37,348 nt of DNA from the NCBI GenBank assembly GCA_964391305.1, contig CAYMJO010000001.1, positions 24,194-61,541 on the forward strand, given 5' to 3'. The DNA is from an uncultured Candidatus Saccharibacteria bacterium (GTDB lineage: Bacteria; Patescibacteriota; CALEFQ01). The first letter of the stretch is position 1, and each line of letters opens with the position of its first letter. Made by a program: the position numbers and the translations under genes. The notes below the pieces were generated by a model that saw only the letters and a program-made list of their open reading frames with translations, was not told the origin of the DNA and ran no database searches. Shown here piece after piece: positions 26,652-35,611 of this stretch.

Positions 26652-28967
26652 CTAAAACGCCCCGAATGCCACATCTCCGCCAATTCTCGCATTTTTGCCA
26701 TAAGCGTAAAAATTCAACGATTTCTTAAATACACCGTTCTTTTCATATCCCCTCACATACGGTGCGCCGCCTTCTGCCGCAATCGTAACAACTTCAGCCT
26801 TTCCATCGCTATCAATATCTCCCATCGCCACATAAGATCCAACTGCCGCAGCGCCATAACTCGTCCATTCACCTAAAACTTTATTTGCCTTGTTGTACCG
26901 GAAAACCTTTACAAGAGACTGTTTCCCAAGCTTGCTCACCGCAATCTCCGCCTTTCCATCACCATCAGTATCACCTGCCGCAACATCTATGCCATCCCGA
27001 TAACCCTTTGCATACGCATAAAATTCTATCTTTTTGGCTTTTCCGTTCGATTCGAACACCCGAACTATAGCATCTCCGCCTTTTCCCGCGCCAACGATTA
27101 CCTCCGCTTTTCCGTCATTGTCAACATCGCCCGCGGCAACTCGAACCCCAACATTAATACTTCCAAGCGCGTCGAATTCTTTCACAAGCGTCTTCTTGGC
27201 GTCATATTTAAAAATCTTCACTGTAGATTTGCCTTCCGATTTAGAAACGATTATCTCGTCTTTTCCATCTCCATTTACGTCACCAGCCGCAACGTCAAAA
27301 CTGCCACGCGCATTTCTCGGAAAAGCCCAGATACCAGCTCCATAAGCTTTCCCATCTTTTTTAAAAACACGAACATACGGACCACCGTCCCTCGGTGCTG
27401 TAATAATTTCATCGACTCCGTCTCCATTCACATCTCCTGCCGCAACATTCGTGCCAACGCGTGCCGCCAAGCCATACGGAAAAAGCTTGTTCGGCTCCTT
27501 TTCCACCTTGCCATTTGTAGTAAATGCGCGAATGTGCGACGCGGCGCTGTCACCCGTACCTGTGATGATATAATTTGACGTGCTGACACCTCCGACAACC
27601 CTTAATGATAAAGTTTTCTCCACAACTTGTGCGGGCATTCCATCATCAGTAACCTTTACTGTAAACTCTTGTGTTTCCGCTTTTGTAGGAGTGCCCGAAA
27701 TCCTGCTTGTCCTTGAATTAAGCGAGAGCCCTTCCGGCAGTTGTCCATCTGAAATTTCAAGAGAGAAGGGAGACGTTCCCCTTTTTTTGTCCAATGTCTT
27801 GCCATATGATTTTCCGACACTCGCATTTGGAAGAGAGGTCGTGGTAATTTTCAGCGGATCGATTTTCTCCGACCGCCAAACCTTGACGCCGGTTCCGCCG
27901 ACTGCGGTATTACTGCTACCAATAGCATACATCCGATCGCCCCAAACTGCCATGCCGTAAACAGCGTAATCTCGAATGTCTCCATTTCCGCTGGTCAGCT
28001 CGGATGTCCAATTCGTGCCATTTGTAGTACTCCAAATTTGAGCCCCCGAAACATCATTTCTCACTCCAATATACATAGTATCATTTACAACCATCGGATG
28101 AAAAGACGGCCAATAATTGTTTGCATTCCCAAAACCATTGGCATTTACCTGATTCCAAGTCTGACCGTCCGTTGAGCGCCACATTTCTACGCCGGTCACA
28201 ACATTATAAGTTGCCGCATAAAGATAATCTCCCAATTTTCCTAAAGACCAAATGCCAATATTGTTTCCATCGTTGAAGCCATTATCTACCGTTCGGGTCC
28301 AATCGGTGCCATTCGCAGTCCTCCAGATTTCTCCCCCTCCCGAAAGCGCATTCCAAGTTCCAGCATAAAGATAGCCGTTATAAACGTACATTGACCTAGA
28401 ATCGAGGTTGTTGGCATCACCAAAACCGTCTTTACTCACCTGTGACCAGTCCGTACCGTTTGAAGTACGCCATATCTCCACACCTGTCGAAATATTCGAC
28501 AGTGAAACATAAAAATGACCTTCAAACTCCGCAAAAGCATATGACCAATAATTATTTCTCGTATCGCCAAGTCCGCCGCTTCCCACTTGTTCCCAGTCTG
28601 TGCCGTTGTGCGTACGTATAATTTTAGTATCGAGAGTTTGCCCTGACAAAAGCCCGTAAAGCGCCCCATTATAAATCCCAAATCCGCCGACCATCGAATT
28701 GCCAGTGTTGTTCAATCCATTTGTCAGCACTTTCTCCCAAACAGTGCCGTTTTTACTCCTCCAAACCTGCGCTCCCGTCGAAAGGTTTTGCAACCCGACA
28801 TACATATAGTCCCCCCAGATAATAGGCTCTAGACCAACTCTCTGGCTTCCTTCGCCAAAGCCATTATTGTTAATTTGAGTCCATGTTAGCGCTTTTGCAT
28901 CGCCGTGCATTGCAAAAACCAACACTGCGATAGCAACTACGCCGAGTAAGATCAGAATTTTTCTCAT
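26652..28967 (-). CDS. Secreted beta-propeller / Ig-like / FG-GAP repeat surface protein
   Basis: Signal peptide, then seven repeats of about 48 aa with an Asp-box-like W(R)-[ST]-x-NGT-x-W motif. Next comes a cadherin-like Ig segment (LPEGLSLNSRTSRISGTPT), then about six FG-GAP/VCBS repeats (AAGDVNGDGKDEI). ATG at 28967 preferred over TTG at 28985. Confidence 0.75.
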   Translation of the reverse strand: MRKILILLGVVAIAVLVFAMHGDAKALTWTQINNNGFGEGSQRVGLEPIIWGDYMYVGLQNLSTGAQVWRSKNGTVWEKVLTNGLNNTGNSMVGGFGIYNGALYGLLSGQTLDTKIIRTHNGTDWEQVGSGGLGDTRNNYWSYAFAEFEGHFYVSLSNISTGVEIWRTSNGTDWSQVSKDGFGDANNLDSRSMYVYNGYLYAGTWNALSGGGEIWRTANGTDWTRTVDNGFNDGNNIGIWSLGKLGDYLYAATYNVVTGVEMWRSTDGQTWNQVNANGFGNANNYWPSFHPMVVNDTMYIGVRNDVSGAQIWSTTNGTNWTSELTSGNGDIRDYAVYGMAVWGDRMYAIGSSNTAVGGTGVKVWRSEKIDPLKITTTSLPNASVGKSYGKTLDKKRGTSPFSLEISDGQLPEGLSLNSRTSRISGTPTKAETQEFTVKVTDDGMPAQVVEKTLSLRVVGGVSTSNYIITGTGDSAASHIRAFTTNGKVEKEPNKLFPYGLAARVGTNVAAGDVNGDGVDEIITAPRDGGPYVRVFKKDGKAYGAGIWAFPRNARGSFDVAAGDVNGDGKDEIIVSKSEGKSTVKIFKYDAKKTLVKEFDALGSINVGVRVAAGDVDNDGKAEVIVGAGKGGDAIVRVFESNGKAKKIEFYAYAKGYRDGIDVAAGDTDGDGKAEIAVSKLGKQSLVKVFRYNKANKVLGEWTSYGAAAVGSYVAMGDIDSDGKAEVVTIAAEGGAPYVRGYEKNGVFKKSLNFYAYGKNARIGGDVAFGAF

Positions 28968-29103
28968 TTTTTTATTTTTTTTCAAACAAACGTGGAATTG
29001 AGATACGTCCGTTTAAAATTAATTTTTATAAAAAAAACAAAAATGTATTTTATACACCTGCTTTTATTATACAATATTTTCAAAAAACTTTAAATCGTTT
29101 ATC

Positions 29104-29124
29104 GCACAGAATAATATCCTGTCC
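29104..29124. repeat. Degenerate copy of the ACAGAATAATATTCTGT palindrome
   Basis: GCACAGAATAATATCCTGTCC matches the perfect copies at 19 of 20 core positions. Confidence 0.55.
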
Positions 29125-29225
29125 ATACAAAATGAAACAAAAGCAATCTACATTTTAAAAACAAAATACAGCTTCACTAAAACAAAGCTGTTTAAAACAA
29201 AAATCAATTATGGGTTTATCAAAGA

Positions 29226-29256
29226 AGTAGGGACAGAATAATATTCTGTCCCTACT
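29226..29256. repeat. 31-bp perfect palindrome AGTAGGGACAGAATA-A-TATTCTGTCCCTACT (terminator-like)
   Basis: 15-bp arms. Lies 35 nt after the stop of the 29291-30028 gene. On the minus strand it is followed by TTCTTTGAT. Confidence 0.8.
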
Positions 29257-29290
29257 TGCATTTTCCCCAAATTTTATCTAACTTTTAATT

Positions 29291-30028
29291 TTATTTCACT
29301 TCCAATGAGCTCAAGATATGTTCCGAAGTAATCTGAATATCCATTGGAATGTTCCCATTCTTGACACCTGACAAAAATATATACATCTCCAAATTCTTCA
29401 CCATCACAGGATCATAAGAGTAGAACACTTCGCGCACTTTGCCATCTAAAACCAACTTCATGGGGGTTGAAACCTTGACGGGTCCAATATAAATGTTTCT
29501 TCCAAGAGACTCCATATTTCCCGCCCCAACACTTGTTCTCATTATGACATTGTCATTGGGATACTTTTCCTTATCGGTGAAAAAGATGTTCAAAACATAC
29601 GAATCATCTGAAGGTTTGAACCTCACGCTTTTTACACCCTCGACTCCCTCTTCGCCTTCGCCGAACAATTCTGAAACACTGGAATAATCATTTTTCTCTT
29701 CATATCCCCAACTCGCAGGATACCTGAAAGACAGCGAGGGATCTGTTCTTTCGTACGTCTTCCATAAAGACCGCAAGGGATCTGTTCTTTTGTACGTCTT
29801 CCCGGCATATTCGTCAACGGGAGTTGTCGAAGGAGTCGCAGTTGCCGTCGGAGTTGGCTCTTCCACAACCGTCTCAACGGGAGTCGGAGTGTTTTGCACA
29901 ACTTCTTCGGAAGATTTTTCTTCTTTTTGAGCAATTTTGCCACAACCGCTCGCGGCAATTGCTACAACGATAATTATAGCCGCAAACGCTATAAGTTCCA
30001 TCTTGATCCTTCTTGATAACTTTTTCAT
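29291..30028 (-). CDS. Putative lipoprotein, function unknown
   Basis: Signal peptide with lipobox-like AASGC, a Pro/Thr/Glu-rich linker, and an internal 39-nt (13-aa) tandem duplication (KTYKRTDPLRSLW / KTYERTDPSLSFR). Confidence 0.55.
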   Translation of the reverse strand: MKKLSRRIKMELIAFAAIIIVVAIAASGCGKIAQKEEKSSEEVVQNTPTPVETVVEEPTPTATATPSTTPVDEYAGKTYKRTDPLRSLWKTYERTDPSLSFRYPASWGYEEKNDYSSVSELFGEGEEGVEGVKSVRFKPSDDSYVLNIFFTDKEKYPNDNVIMRTSVGAGNMESLGRNIYIGPVKVSTPMKLVLDGKVREVFYSYDPVMVKNLEMYIFLSGVKNGNIPMDIQITSEHILSSLEVK

Positions 30029-30209
30029 AGTTTTTATCTAATTAAAAATTAAAAAAATATAGCCATAAAATGGCCAATTCTAGCCACTTTCTTGCTAAAA
30101 AGGACTGAATCAGTCTTGTATATATAATGAATTAAGAACCAAAATGTTACAACTTTTCACAAGGACGAACCACTGCAAGGTTTACACCCTGCAAAAAATT
30201 GCCGGGACG

Positions 30210-30233
30210 GAGACAGAATAAAATTCTATTTCC
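30210..30233. repeat. Degenerate copy of the palindrome
   Basis: GAGACAGAATAAAATTCTATTTCC lies immediately beside the perfect copy at 30242. Confidence 0.45.
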
Positions 30234-30241
30234 AAAATAAG

Positions 30242-30268
30242 TAGGGACAGAATAATATTCTGTCCCTA
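30242..30268. repeat. 27-bp perfect palindrome TAGGGACAGAATA-A-TATTCTGTCCCTA (terminator-like)
   Basis: Identical core to 29228-29254. Lies about 58 nt after the displaced copA stop at 30326. On the minus strand it is followed by TTATTTTGG. Confidence 0.8.
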
Positions 30269-30375
30269 TAAAATATATTAAAAAACAGCCTAAGCACTGA
30301 CGCTTAAGCTTTTTTTAAAATAAACTTATTTTCGCTCGTTATACCATTTCATCAAAAGCGAATTCGTAACAACGC

Positions 30376-32592
30376 TTACGGAAGAAAACGCCATGGCGGC
30401 CGCGCCATGGCAAGCGATGCGATGATCGGGCTCAAGAGCCAGCCTGTAAAAGGATACAAGATGCCCGCGGCAATCGGTATGCCGACAATATTGTAGAAAA
30501 ACGCCCAAAAGAGATTCTGCTTGATTTTTCTCAAAGTGTAATCGCTTATATCCATCAACCTCGCCACATCACGGACATCATCCTTGATCAAAATTACTTC
30601 GCCCGTTTCCATCGCGATGTCAGTCCCTGATCCCAAAGCTATTCCAAGATCGGACCCCGCGAGTGCCGGCGCATCATTGATCCCATCTCCGACCATCGCG
30701 ACTTTGTAACCTTTTTGCTGGAGCTTCTTGACTTCGCTTGCTTTGTCCTGCGGAAGAACCTCGGACAGAACATCATCAGCTCCTGCCTCATGGGCAATCG
30801 CCTCGCCGACTCTCTTGTTGTCGCCGGTGATAACAATGACTTTCTTTCCCATACTCTTAAGCAATTTCACGGCATCTTTAGATCCTTTTTTCAAAACATC
30901 AAGAAGCGCGATCAAGCCCACAATTTTGCCGCCGACAGCGAGAATCATCGTTGTCTTGCCGGCATGCTCCATCTCAAGAAGCTTTTTCTCCACGAAACTT
31001 ATATCCAGATTATTGTCTAAAAATAATTTCCTGTTTCCTAAAAGCACCCGTTTGGGAGATGCTTCGCCACTCAATACAGACGTCGCCACAACGCCCTTTC
31101 CGGGCAAAACTTGGAATTTCTCCGTCACCAAAATATTCAAAGACTTGGATTTTGCCCGCTTAACGATTGACTGCGCGAGAGGATGCTCGGACTTGCTTTC
31201 AACTCCCGCCGCGATCTGCAAAATATCGTTTTCGCTAAAATCCGACTTTGCGAGCGACAAAACATCTGTAACTTCAGGCTTTCCCCTCGTAAGCGTCCCC
31301 GTTTTGTCAAAAACTACAACGTTCACCTTGCGAGCAATTTCCAGCGCTTTGCTACTTTTGAATAAAATTCCCCGCTTCGCGCCCAAGCCCGTTCCCATCA
31401 TAACAGCTGTCGGAGTCGCCAACCCCAAAGAGCAGGGACAAGCAATGATCAGCACCGCCACAAAAACGGTGAGAGCAAAAATAAACGATTGTCCAGCGAG
31501 CATCCAAATAACAAAAGCAAAAATCGCGATACCAAATACCGTCGGCACGAAATAAAACGATACTTTATCCGCCAGAAGCTGAATCGGAGCCTTTGTGCCG
31601 ATGGCTTCTTCCACGATTTTAATGATCTGCGCCAAAACGGTGCTACTTCCGACTTTGGTCGCCTTGATTTTGAGCATACCCGTCTGATTGACGGTAGCCC
31701 CGATAACCTTGTCACCTTTTTTCTTCTCAACTGGAATACTCTCTCCAGTAATGGCCTTTTCATCTACTCCCGAATATCCATCAAAAACCTTTCCGTCAAC
31801 GGGAATTTTTTCACCAGGCTTTACCAAAACGATATCGCCCACAGCAACCTTGGAAATAGGAACTTTGATTTCTTTTCCATCTCGAATAATTGTTGCCTCC
31901 TTCGGCCGAAGTCCTATAAGCTTCTTGACCGCCTGACTGGTTCTGCCTTTTGTCAAAGCTTCGAGATATTTTCCAAGGGAAATAAAAACGATAATAAAAG
32001 CAGCGCTCTCAAAATAAAAATGAAATCTTTCAATCGCGTCCGGTATAACCCAAATATAAATAGCCACAACCACACTGTAAAAATAAGCCGCAAGAGTCCC
32101 CGTTTCCACCAGCGAATCCATGTTGGGATTGCGCTGTAACAGTTTTTTCATGCCTGAAATATAGATATTTGAATTCAGAACCATAATCGCAGTTGTAATT
32201 GTAAACTGAATAATTATGTTCACCTTTAATGGAAGTTCCAGCATAGGCAGACCAATCATATCTCCCATAACCAAATAAAACATAGGAATACCAAGAATCA
32301 AAGAAGCAATAAAGCTGTTTCTTAATTTTTTCACTTCCTTTGCCTGCGCGGCAAATTGATCTTTCTCGGAGCCTGCTTTTTCCTCCGAAGCTTTAAATCC
32401 TTCTTTTTGAATAACTTCAATAATTTTTTCAACATCAATAATTTTGGAATCGAATTCGACACTCGCTTTTTCCGTGGCAAAATTCACATTGCCTGAAATA
32501 ATCCCTTTGGTTTTTTTCAAAGAGTTTTCAATATTAGCTACGCAAGAAGCGCAATGCATACCAGAAATATTGAGTATTATTTTTTTATTCAT
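30376..32592 (-). CDS. copA: Copper-translocating P1B-type ATPase CopA, 3' end frameshifted
   Basis: HMA domain GMHCASC, TGES, CPC motif in [26 protein letters not shown]. The last 10 residues of the ORF are aberrant (RPPWRFLP...). The authentic tail [23 protein letters not shown] is encoded in another frame down to 30326. Confidence 0.9.
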   Translation of the reverse strand: MNKKIILNISGMHCASCVANIENSLKKTKGIISGNVNFATEKASVEFDSKIIDVEKIIEVIQKEGFKASEEKAGSEKDQFAAQAKEVKKLRNSFIASLILGIPMFYLVMGDMIGLPMLELPLKVNIIIQFTITTAIMVLNSNIYISGMKKLLQRNPNMDSLVETGTLAAYFYSVVVAIYIWVIPDAIERFHFYFESAAFIIVFISLGKYLEALTKGRTSQAVKKLIGLRPKEATIIRDGKEIKVPISKVAVGDIVLVKPGEKIPVDGKVFDGYSGVDEKAITGESIPVEKKKGDKVIGATVNQTGMLKIKATKVGSSTVLAQIIKIVEEAIGTKAPIQLLADKVSFYFVPTVFGIAIFAFVIWMLAGQSFIFALTVFVAVLIIACPCSLGLATPTAVMMGTGLGAKRGILFKSSKALEIARKVNVVVFDKTGTLTRGKPEVTDVLSLAKSDFSENDILQIAAGVESKSEHPLAQSIVKRAKSKSLNILVTEKFQVLPGKGVVATSVLSGEASPKRVLLGNRKLFLDNNLDISFVEKKLLEMEHAGKTTMILAVGGKIVGLIALLDVLKKGSKDAVKLLKSMGKKVIVITGDNKRVGEAIAHEAGADDVLSEVLPQDKASEVKKLQQKGYKVAMVGDGINDAPALAGSDLGIALGSGTDIAMETGEVILIKDDVRDVARLMDISDYTLRKIKQNLFWAFFYNIVGIPIAAGILYPFTGWLLSPIIASLAMARPPWRFLP
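30391..30410. other. GC-rich 20-mer CCATGGCGGCCGCGCCATGG (NcoI-NotI-NcoI) containing a 14-nt insertion
   Basis: CCATGG is duplicated 14 nt apart around GCGGCCGC. Removing 14 nt restores the copA reading frame exactly. Confidence 0.85.
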
Positions 32593-32623
32593 AAAGTTAA
32601 AATTTACATTAATTTACATAAAC

Positions 32624-34150
32624 TTATCGTCTTCCTCCACAGCCGCAAGAGCCACTCCCTCCGCAGGAAGATGCTCCGGACGGTTTGATCTCATCTTCAC
32701 TCTCATTACTTGAAAGCGTAGCTCCCCCAACGGCCTTGCCGCTCTCATCCACAACTTCAATCACCCCCGATATCATTCCCATCCAGCAGCTAAACTTGTA
32801 CTTGCCGGGCTTTTTGGGCGTGAATTCTTTGACGCTTACCTCTCCGGGCGTTAGATTGATTTCATCATCAAACAATCCCTTGGAAATAACAGCATTCGTA
32901 CAGCCGCTCGTTCCCTTGTCCTCAATCTCCCATCTAACGGGAATTCCCGCTCTCACCTTCAAATAATTTGGCTCATATCCGCGCGCCGTGGCGATAGTCC
33001 TCACGACTTGAACTCCATCTACGATCTGCGGCAGTCCTTTCGCAGCCGCGGATTTTTTTGATTCGACAGAATCTCTAGACTTAGAAGTTGAAGCCCCCAC
33101 ATTGCTTAAACTTGGAAATCCCAAAACGTTAAGCTGTGAATTTATATTAAAAATCACAAAAAACAAAATCAAAATCCCCGCGACTTTTTGGAAAACGGCC
33201 GACCAGTGATGGCTTTGCAAAAATTTAACAGAGGAAAGCCCGATGACAAGCAAGGTTGGAAGAGTCCCGAGCGCGAATAAAAGCATTATCGCGCCGCCAT
33301 AAATAGGGCTTCCAGATATGAGCGCGAGCCCTTGAGCAGTCACGGTAAATCCGCACGGCAGAAAAAATGTCAGCGCCCCCAAGATAATCGGAGCCCATTT
33401 TCCGCGAAAGCTAGACTTGTCAGAAATACGCTTGGTGATAAATTTCGGAAGAGCTAATCTGAATCTGTTGAAAAATTTGATGCCGAACATCTGCAGAGCC
33501 AGAAAAAGCATCACAACGGAAACAACAAGCACCAAAATAGATGAAAATGTCAAAGAAAGCTTCAGTCTTTCACCGATAAACCCAAGCAGAGCTCCAAGCA
33601 GAGCGTATGACGCCAAACGGCCGACATTGAACAAAATATGCGGTTTTGATCTCTGCCAGAAAGAGTCTTTGCTAGAGTAAAGCTCCGCCCATTGCTTGGA
33701 CACCGAAAGAACGAGTCCGCCAACCAAAGCGGCACAACTTGAAACGCCGGCCAAAAGTCCAAAGACAAAAAAAGCCGGCAGAGCGGATTCCGAGTCGACG
33801 CTAATCGCAGACGCAAAGCCGGATTTACTAAGCAGAATAAAAGCAAGTATCAAAACCAAAACTGTTCCAATTATCAAAATGAGATTTTTGCCGCGTTTGC
33901 CATTTTTTTCTTCCGAAGACTTTTCAAAGAAAGTGTAGTCGCCATTTTTCAAAAATCTATTTATCTCCCCCACTGTCGGTTTTTTCCCATCATAACCAAC
34001 TAAAACGCTGTCTCTGGATACCGAAGCATCCGCAAACTCGATATTCGGCATTTCAAGAAGCTTGCGCTCAATCAAAATCTCGCATGACGGGCAATGCATT
34101 CCTTTGACAAAGTAAGTATGTTTTTTTAAAGCTCTTGGATTTTTGCTCAT
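32624..34150 (-). CDS. HMA domain / DsbD_2-TauE-like membrane domain / cupredoxin-like domain fusion protein
   Basis: N-terminal GMHCPSCE metal-binding domain. Six or more helices with GVSSCAALVGG and FFLPCGFT motifs. C-terminal cupredoxin_1-like domain (VRAGIPVRWEI...SGCTNA...YKFSCWMGMISGVIEV) and a Cys/Gly tail CGGSGSCGCGG. Confidence 0.75.
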   Translation of the reverse strand: MSKNPRALKKHTYFVKGMHCPSCEILIERKLLEMPNIEFADASVSRDSVLVGYDGKKPTVGEINRFLKNGDYTFFEKSSEEKNGKRGKNLILIIGTVLVLILAFILLSKSGFASAISVDSESALPAFFVFGLLAGVSSCAALVGGLVLSVSKQWAELYSSKDSFWQRSKPHILFNVGRLASYALLGALLGFIGERLKLSLTFSSILVLVVSVVMLFLALQMFGIKFFNRFRLALPKFITKRISDKSSFRGKWAPIILGALTFFLPCGFTVTAQGLALISGSPIYGGAIMLLFALGTLPTLLVIGLSSVKFLQSHHWSAVFQKVAGILILFFVIFNINSQLNVLGFPSLSNVGASTSKSRDSVESKKSAAAKGLPQIVDGVQVVRTIATARGYEPNYLKVRAGIPVRWEIEDKGTSGCTNAVISKGLFDDEINLTPGEVSVKEFTPKKPGKYKFSCWMGMISGVIEVVDESGKAVGGATLSSNESEDEIKPSGASSCGGSGSCGCGGRR

Positions 34151-34260
34151 AATAAGGATATTTAAATATTTAACGCGAAACTTGAAATTTTAATTATATA
34201 ATTTTTACCACTCATCAAAACTTCCTTTTTCCCTGAAAATCCACTTAGAATAAAATCTGA

Positions 34261-34626
34261 TCAAGTCCGCTTACAGGGTTTGTTTGGATCATTACACCCC
34301 TTTTCCCTGCATTGAGGACAAGCTTCTTTTCCTTGAGCAAGCAGAGTATCACACGCGCACGTGCCGGCTTTGTAATTATTCCAAGGATTGGCTTCCATAT
34401 AGCACATAGTGCATGGGGGATCAATACAGCATTTGTAAACGCCAGCCTCAATGGCTTTCTTAATCGCCATGTCTCTTTCCGCGATCACGCGCGCGTGCAT
34501 TTCATCCATGGTCAGTTTCGCAAAATCCTTTTGGAAGCGAAAACCCCCGAAAGTTAAGAGGGAAACAAAACCGCCGCTTGTCCCAATAATCAACAAAACT
34601 AAAATAAATATAATCCATTTTTTCAT
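34261..34626 (-). CDS. Membrane-anchored Cys-rich protein (PCYCGC-domain-like)
   Basis: TM anchor, then YKCCIDPPCTMCYMEANPW...GTCACD...CPQCREKGC, which resembles the PCYCGC motif family often found near copper genes. ATG at 34626 avoids overlap with the upstream gene. Confidence 0.55.
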   Translation of the reverse strand: MKKWIIFILVLLIIGTSGGFVSLLTFGGFRFQKDFAKLTMDEMHARVIAERDMAIKKAIEAGVYKCCIDPPCTMCYMEANPWNNYKAGTCACDTLLAQGKEACPQCREKGCNDPNKPCKRT

Positions 34627-34633
34627 AATCATA

Positions 34634-35158
34634 TTAAAATAAATCGGCAACCTGTTCCAACTCCGCTTGTGTAATTTCGATTTTTCCGCCCTTAACTTTT
34701 ATGTCTGGATTTATAGGTCCGGGATTACAGCCGCCCTTTTCAGTCGCGATCTTTTCAAGCGGATACTTGTTGCCGCAGGTATTGCAAACTATCAAATTGC
34801 CCTCTTGGTGAAAGCCTGTTTTAGACGCAAAGCAAACCTGACAGGCATTCGCGGCGGCGCGATAAATGCCATTATTATCCTCCAAAACAAAGAAATAAAT
34901 TTTCTTTCCGTTTGGCAATACCGTGTTGTAATAGCGCACCTTATGATCATCAAAGCCAGCTATTTGTAATGCCAATTTCCCATTTGTCAAAGCCGCGCTC
35001 TCTCCTGCTTCCATCTCTTTTGAAAAATCTTGATCAGATTGGTCGCTATCTTTGGAATCAGCCTCATTTTTATTCTTGCTTTTGTCACAACCAGCTCCAA
35101 CAAAAGTCAAACCTAATATCAAAAAAACAACGATCAAAAGAAAAATTTTTTTATTCAT
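34634..35158 (-). CDS. DUF2318-like Cys-motif lipoprotein
   Basis: Lipobox VGAGC. AANACQVCFASKTGFHQEGNLIVCNTCGNKY gives two CxxC pairs in the DUF2318 arrangement. Confidence 0.55.
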   Translation of the reverse strand: MNKKIFLLIVVFLILGLTFVGAGCDKSKNKNEADSKDSDQSDQDFSKEMEAGESAALTNGKLALQIAGFDDHKVRYYNTVLPNGKKIYFFVLEDNNGIYRAAANACQVCFASKTGFHQEGNLIVCNTCGNKYPLEKIATEKGGCNPGPINPDIKVKGGKIEITQAELEQVADLF

Positions 35159-35162
35159 AACG

Positions 35163-35435
35163 CTATTTATTATAAAGGCTTGTAACCTGCAAAATTTCCT
35201 TCGTCATTTCCCGTTTTCTTGCTTCATTTTTAGACGCTATTGCCTTCTTGAAACAGCTGTTGAGATGCCCCTCCATCAGCATCCGATGGGCTGATTTAAG
35301 AAGACCTATCGCAGCCAAATTCTGCTGCATGATATTAATACAATACTCGTCTTTATTTGCCATGTCGATAATTTTGGCAAGCAAGCTTTGCGCTTTCTTG
35401 AAATTTACGAGTGTTTTCCTCTTTTCTACGGTCAT
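35163..35435 (-). CDS. csoR: CsoR/RcnR/FrmR-family metal-sensing transcriptional repressor
   Basis: 90 aa. KRKTLVNFKKAQSLLAKI helix, then Cys (YCINIMQQ) and a His...Cys pair (GHLNSC), the Cu(I) ligand pattern of CsoR. Confidence 0.85.
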   Translation of the reverse strand: MTVEKRKTLVNFKKAQSLLAKIIDMANKDEYCINIMQQNLAAIGLLKSAHRMLMEGHLNSCFKKAIASKNEARKREMTKEILQVTSLYNK

Positions 35436-35460
35436 ATTGTGTAAAAATTAATGTTTTATA

Positions 35461-35500
35461 GCACCTATACCATAGGTGCAGGTACATTACCACAGGGTAA
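35461..35500. promoter_or_regulatory. Candidate CsoR operator cluster upstream of csoR
   Basis: Nested palindromes GCACCTAT-ACC-ATAGGTGC (35461-35479), GGTA-CAT-TACC (35481-35491) and TTACC-ACAG-GGTAA (35487-35500), 26-65 nt upstream of the csoR ATG. Confidence 0.5.
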
Positions 35501-35537
35501 AAATTTTGTCATGTGGATAACTTTTGAAAAATAACGC

Positions 35538-35568
35538 GCAGGCAGAATACTGTATTATCCGTCCCTGC
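35538..35568. repeat. Weak, degenerate relative of the GGGACAGAATA palindrome
   Basis: GCAGGCAGAATA-CTG-TATTATCCGTCCCTGC shares the CAGAATA / TATT..GTCCCT arms with an indel. Confidence 0.3.
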
Positions 35569-35611
35569 GGCAAAACTTTAAAAAAAACAAAAAATAGTTT
35601 ATAATGGACAC

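Noticed and set aside
30326-30508. 60-aa minus-strand ORF listed as a separate gene downstream of, and overlapping, copA.
   Set aside because: Its last 25 residues are the canonical CopA C-terminus. It is the displaced tail of frameshifted copA, not an independent gene.
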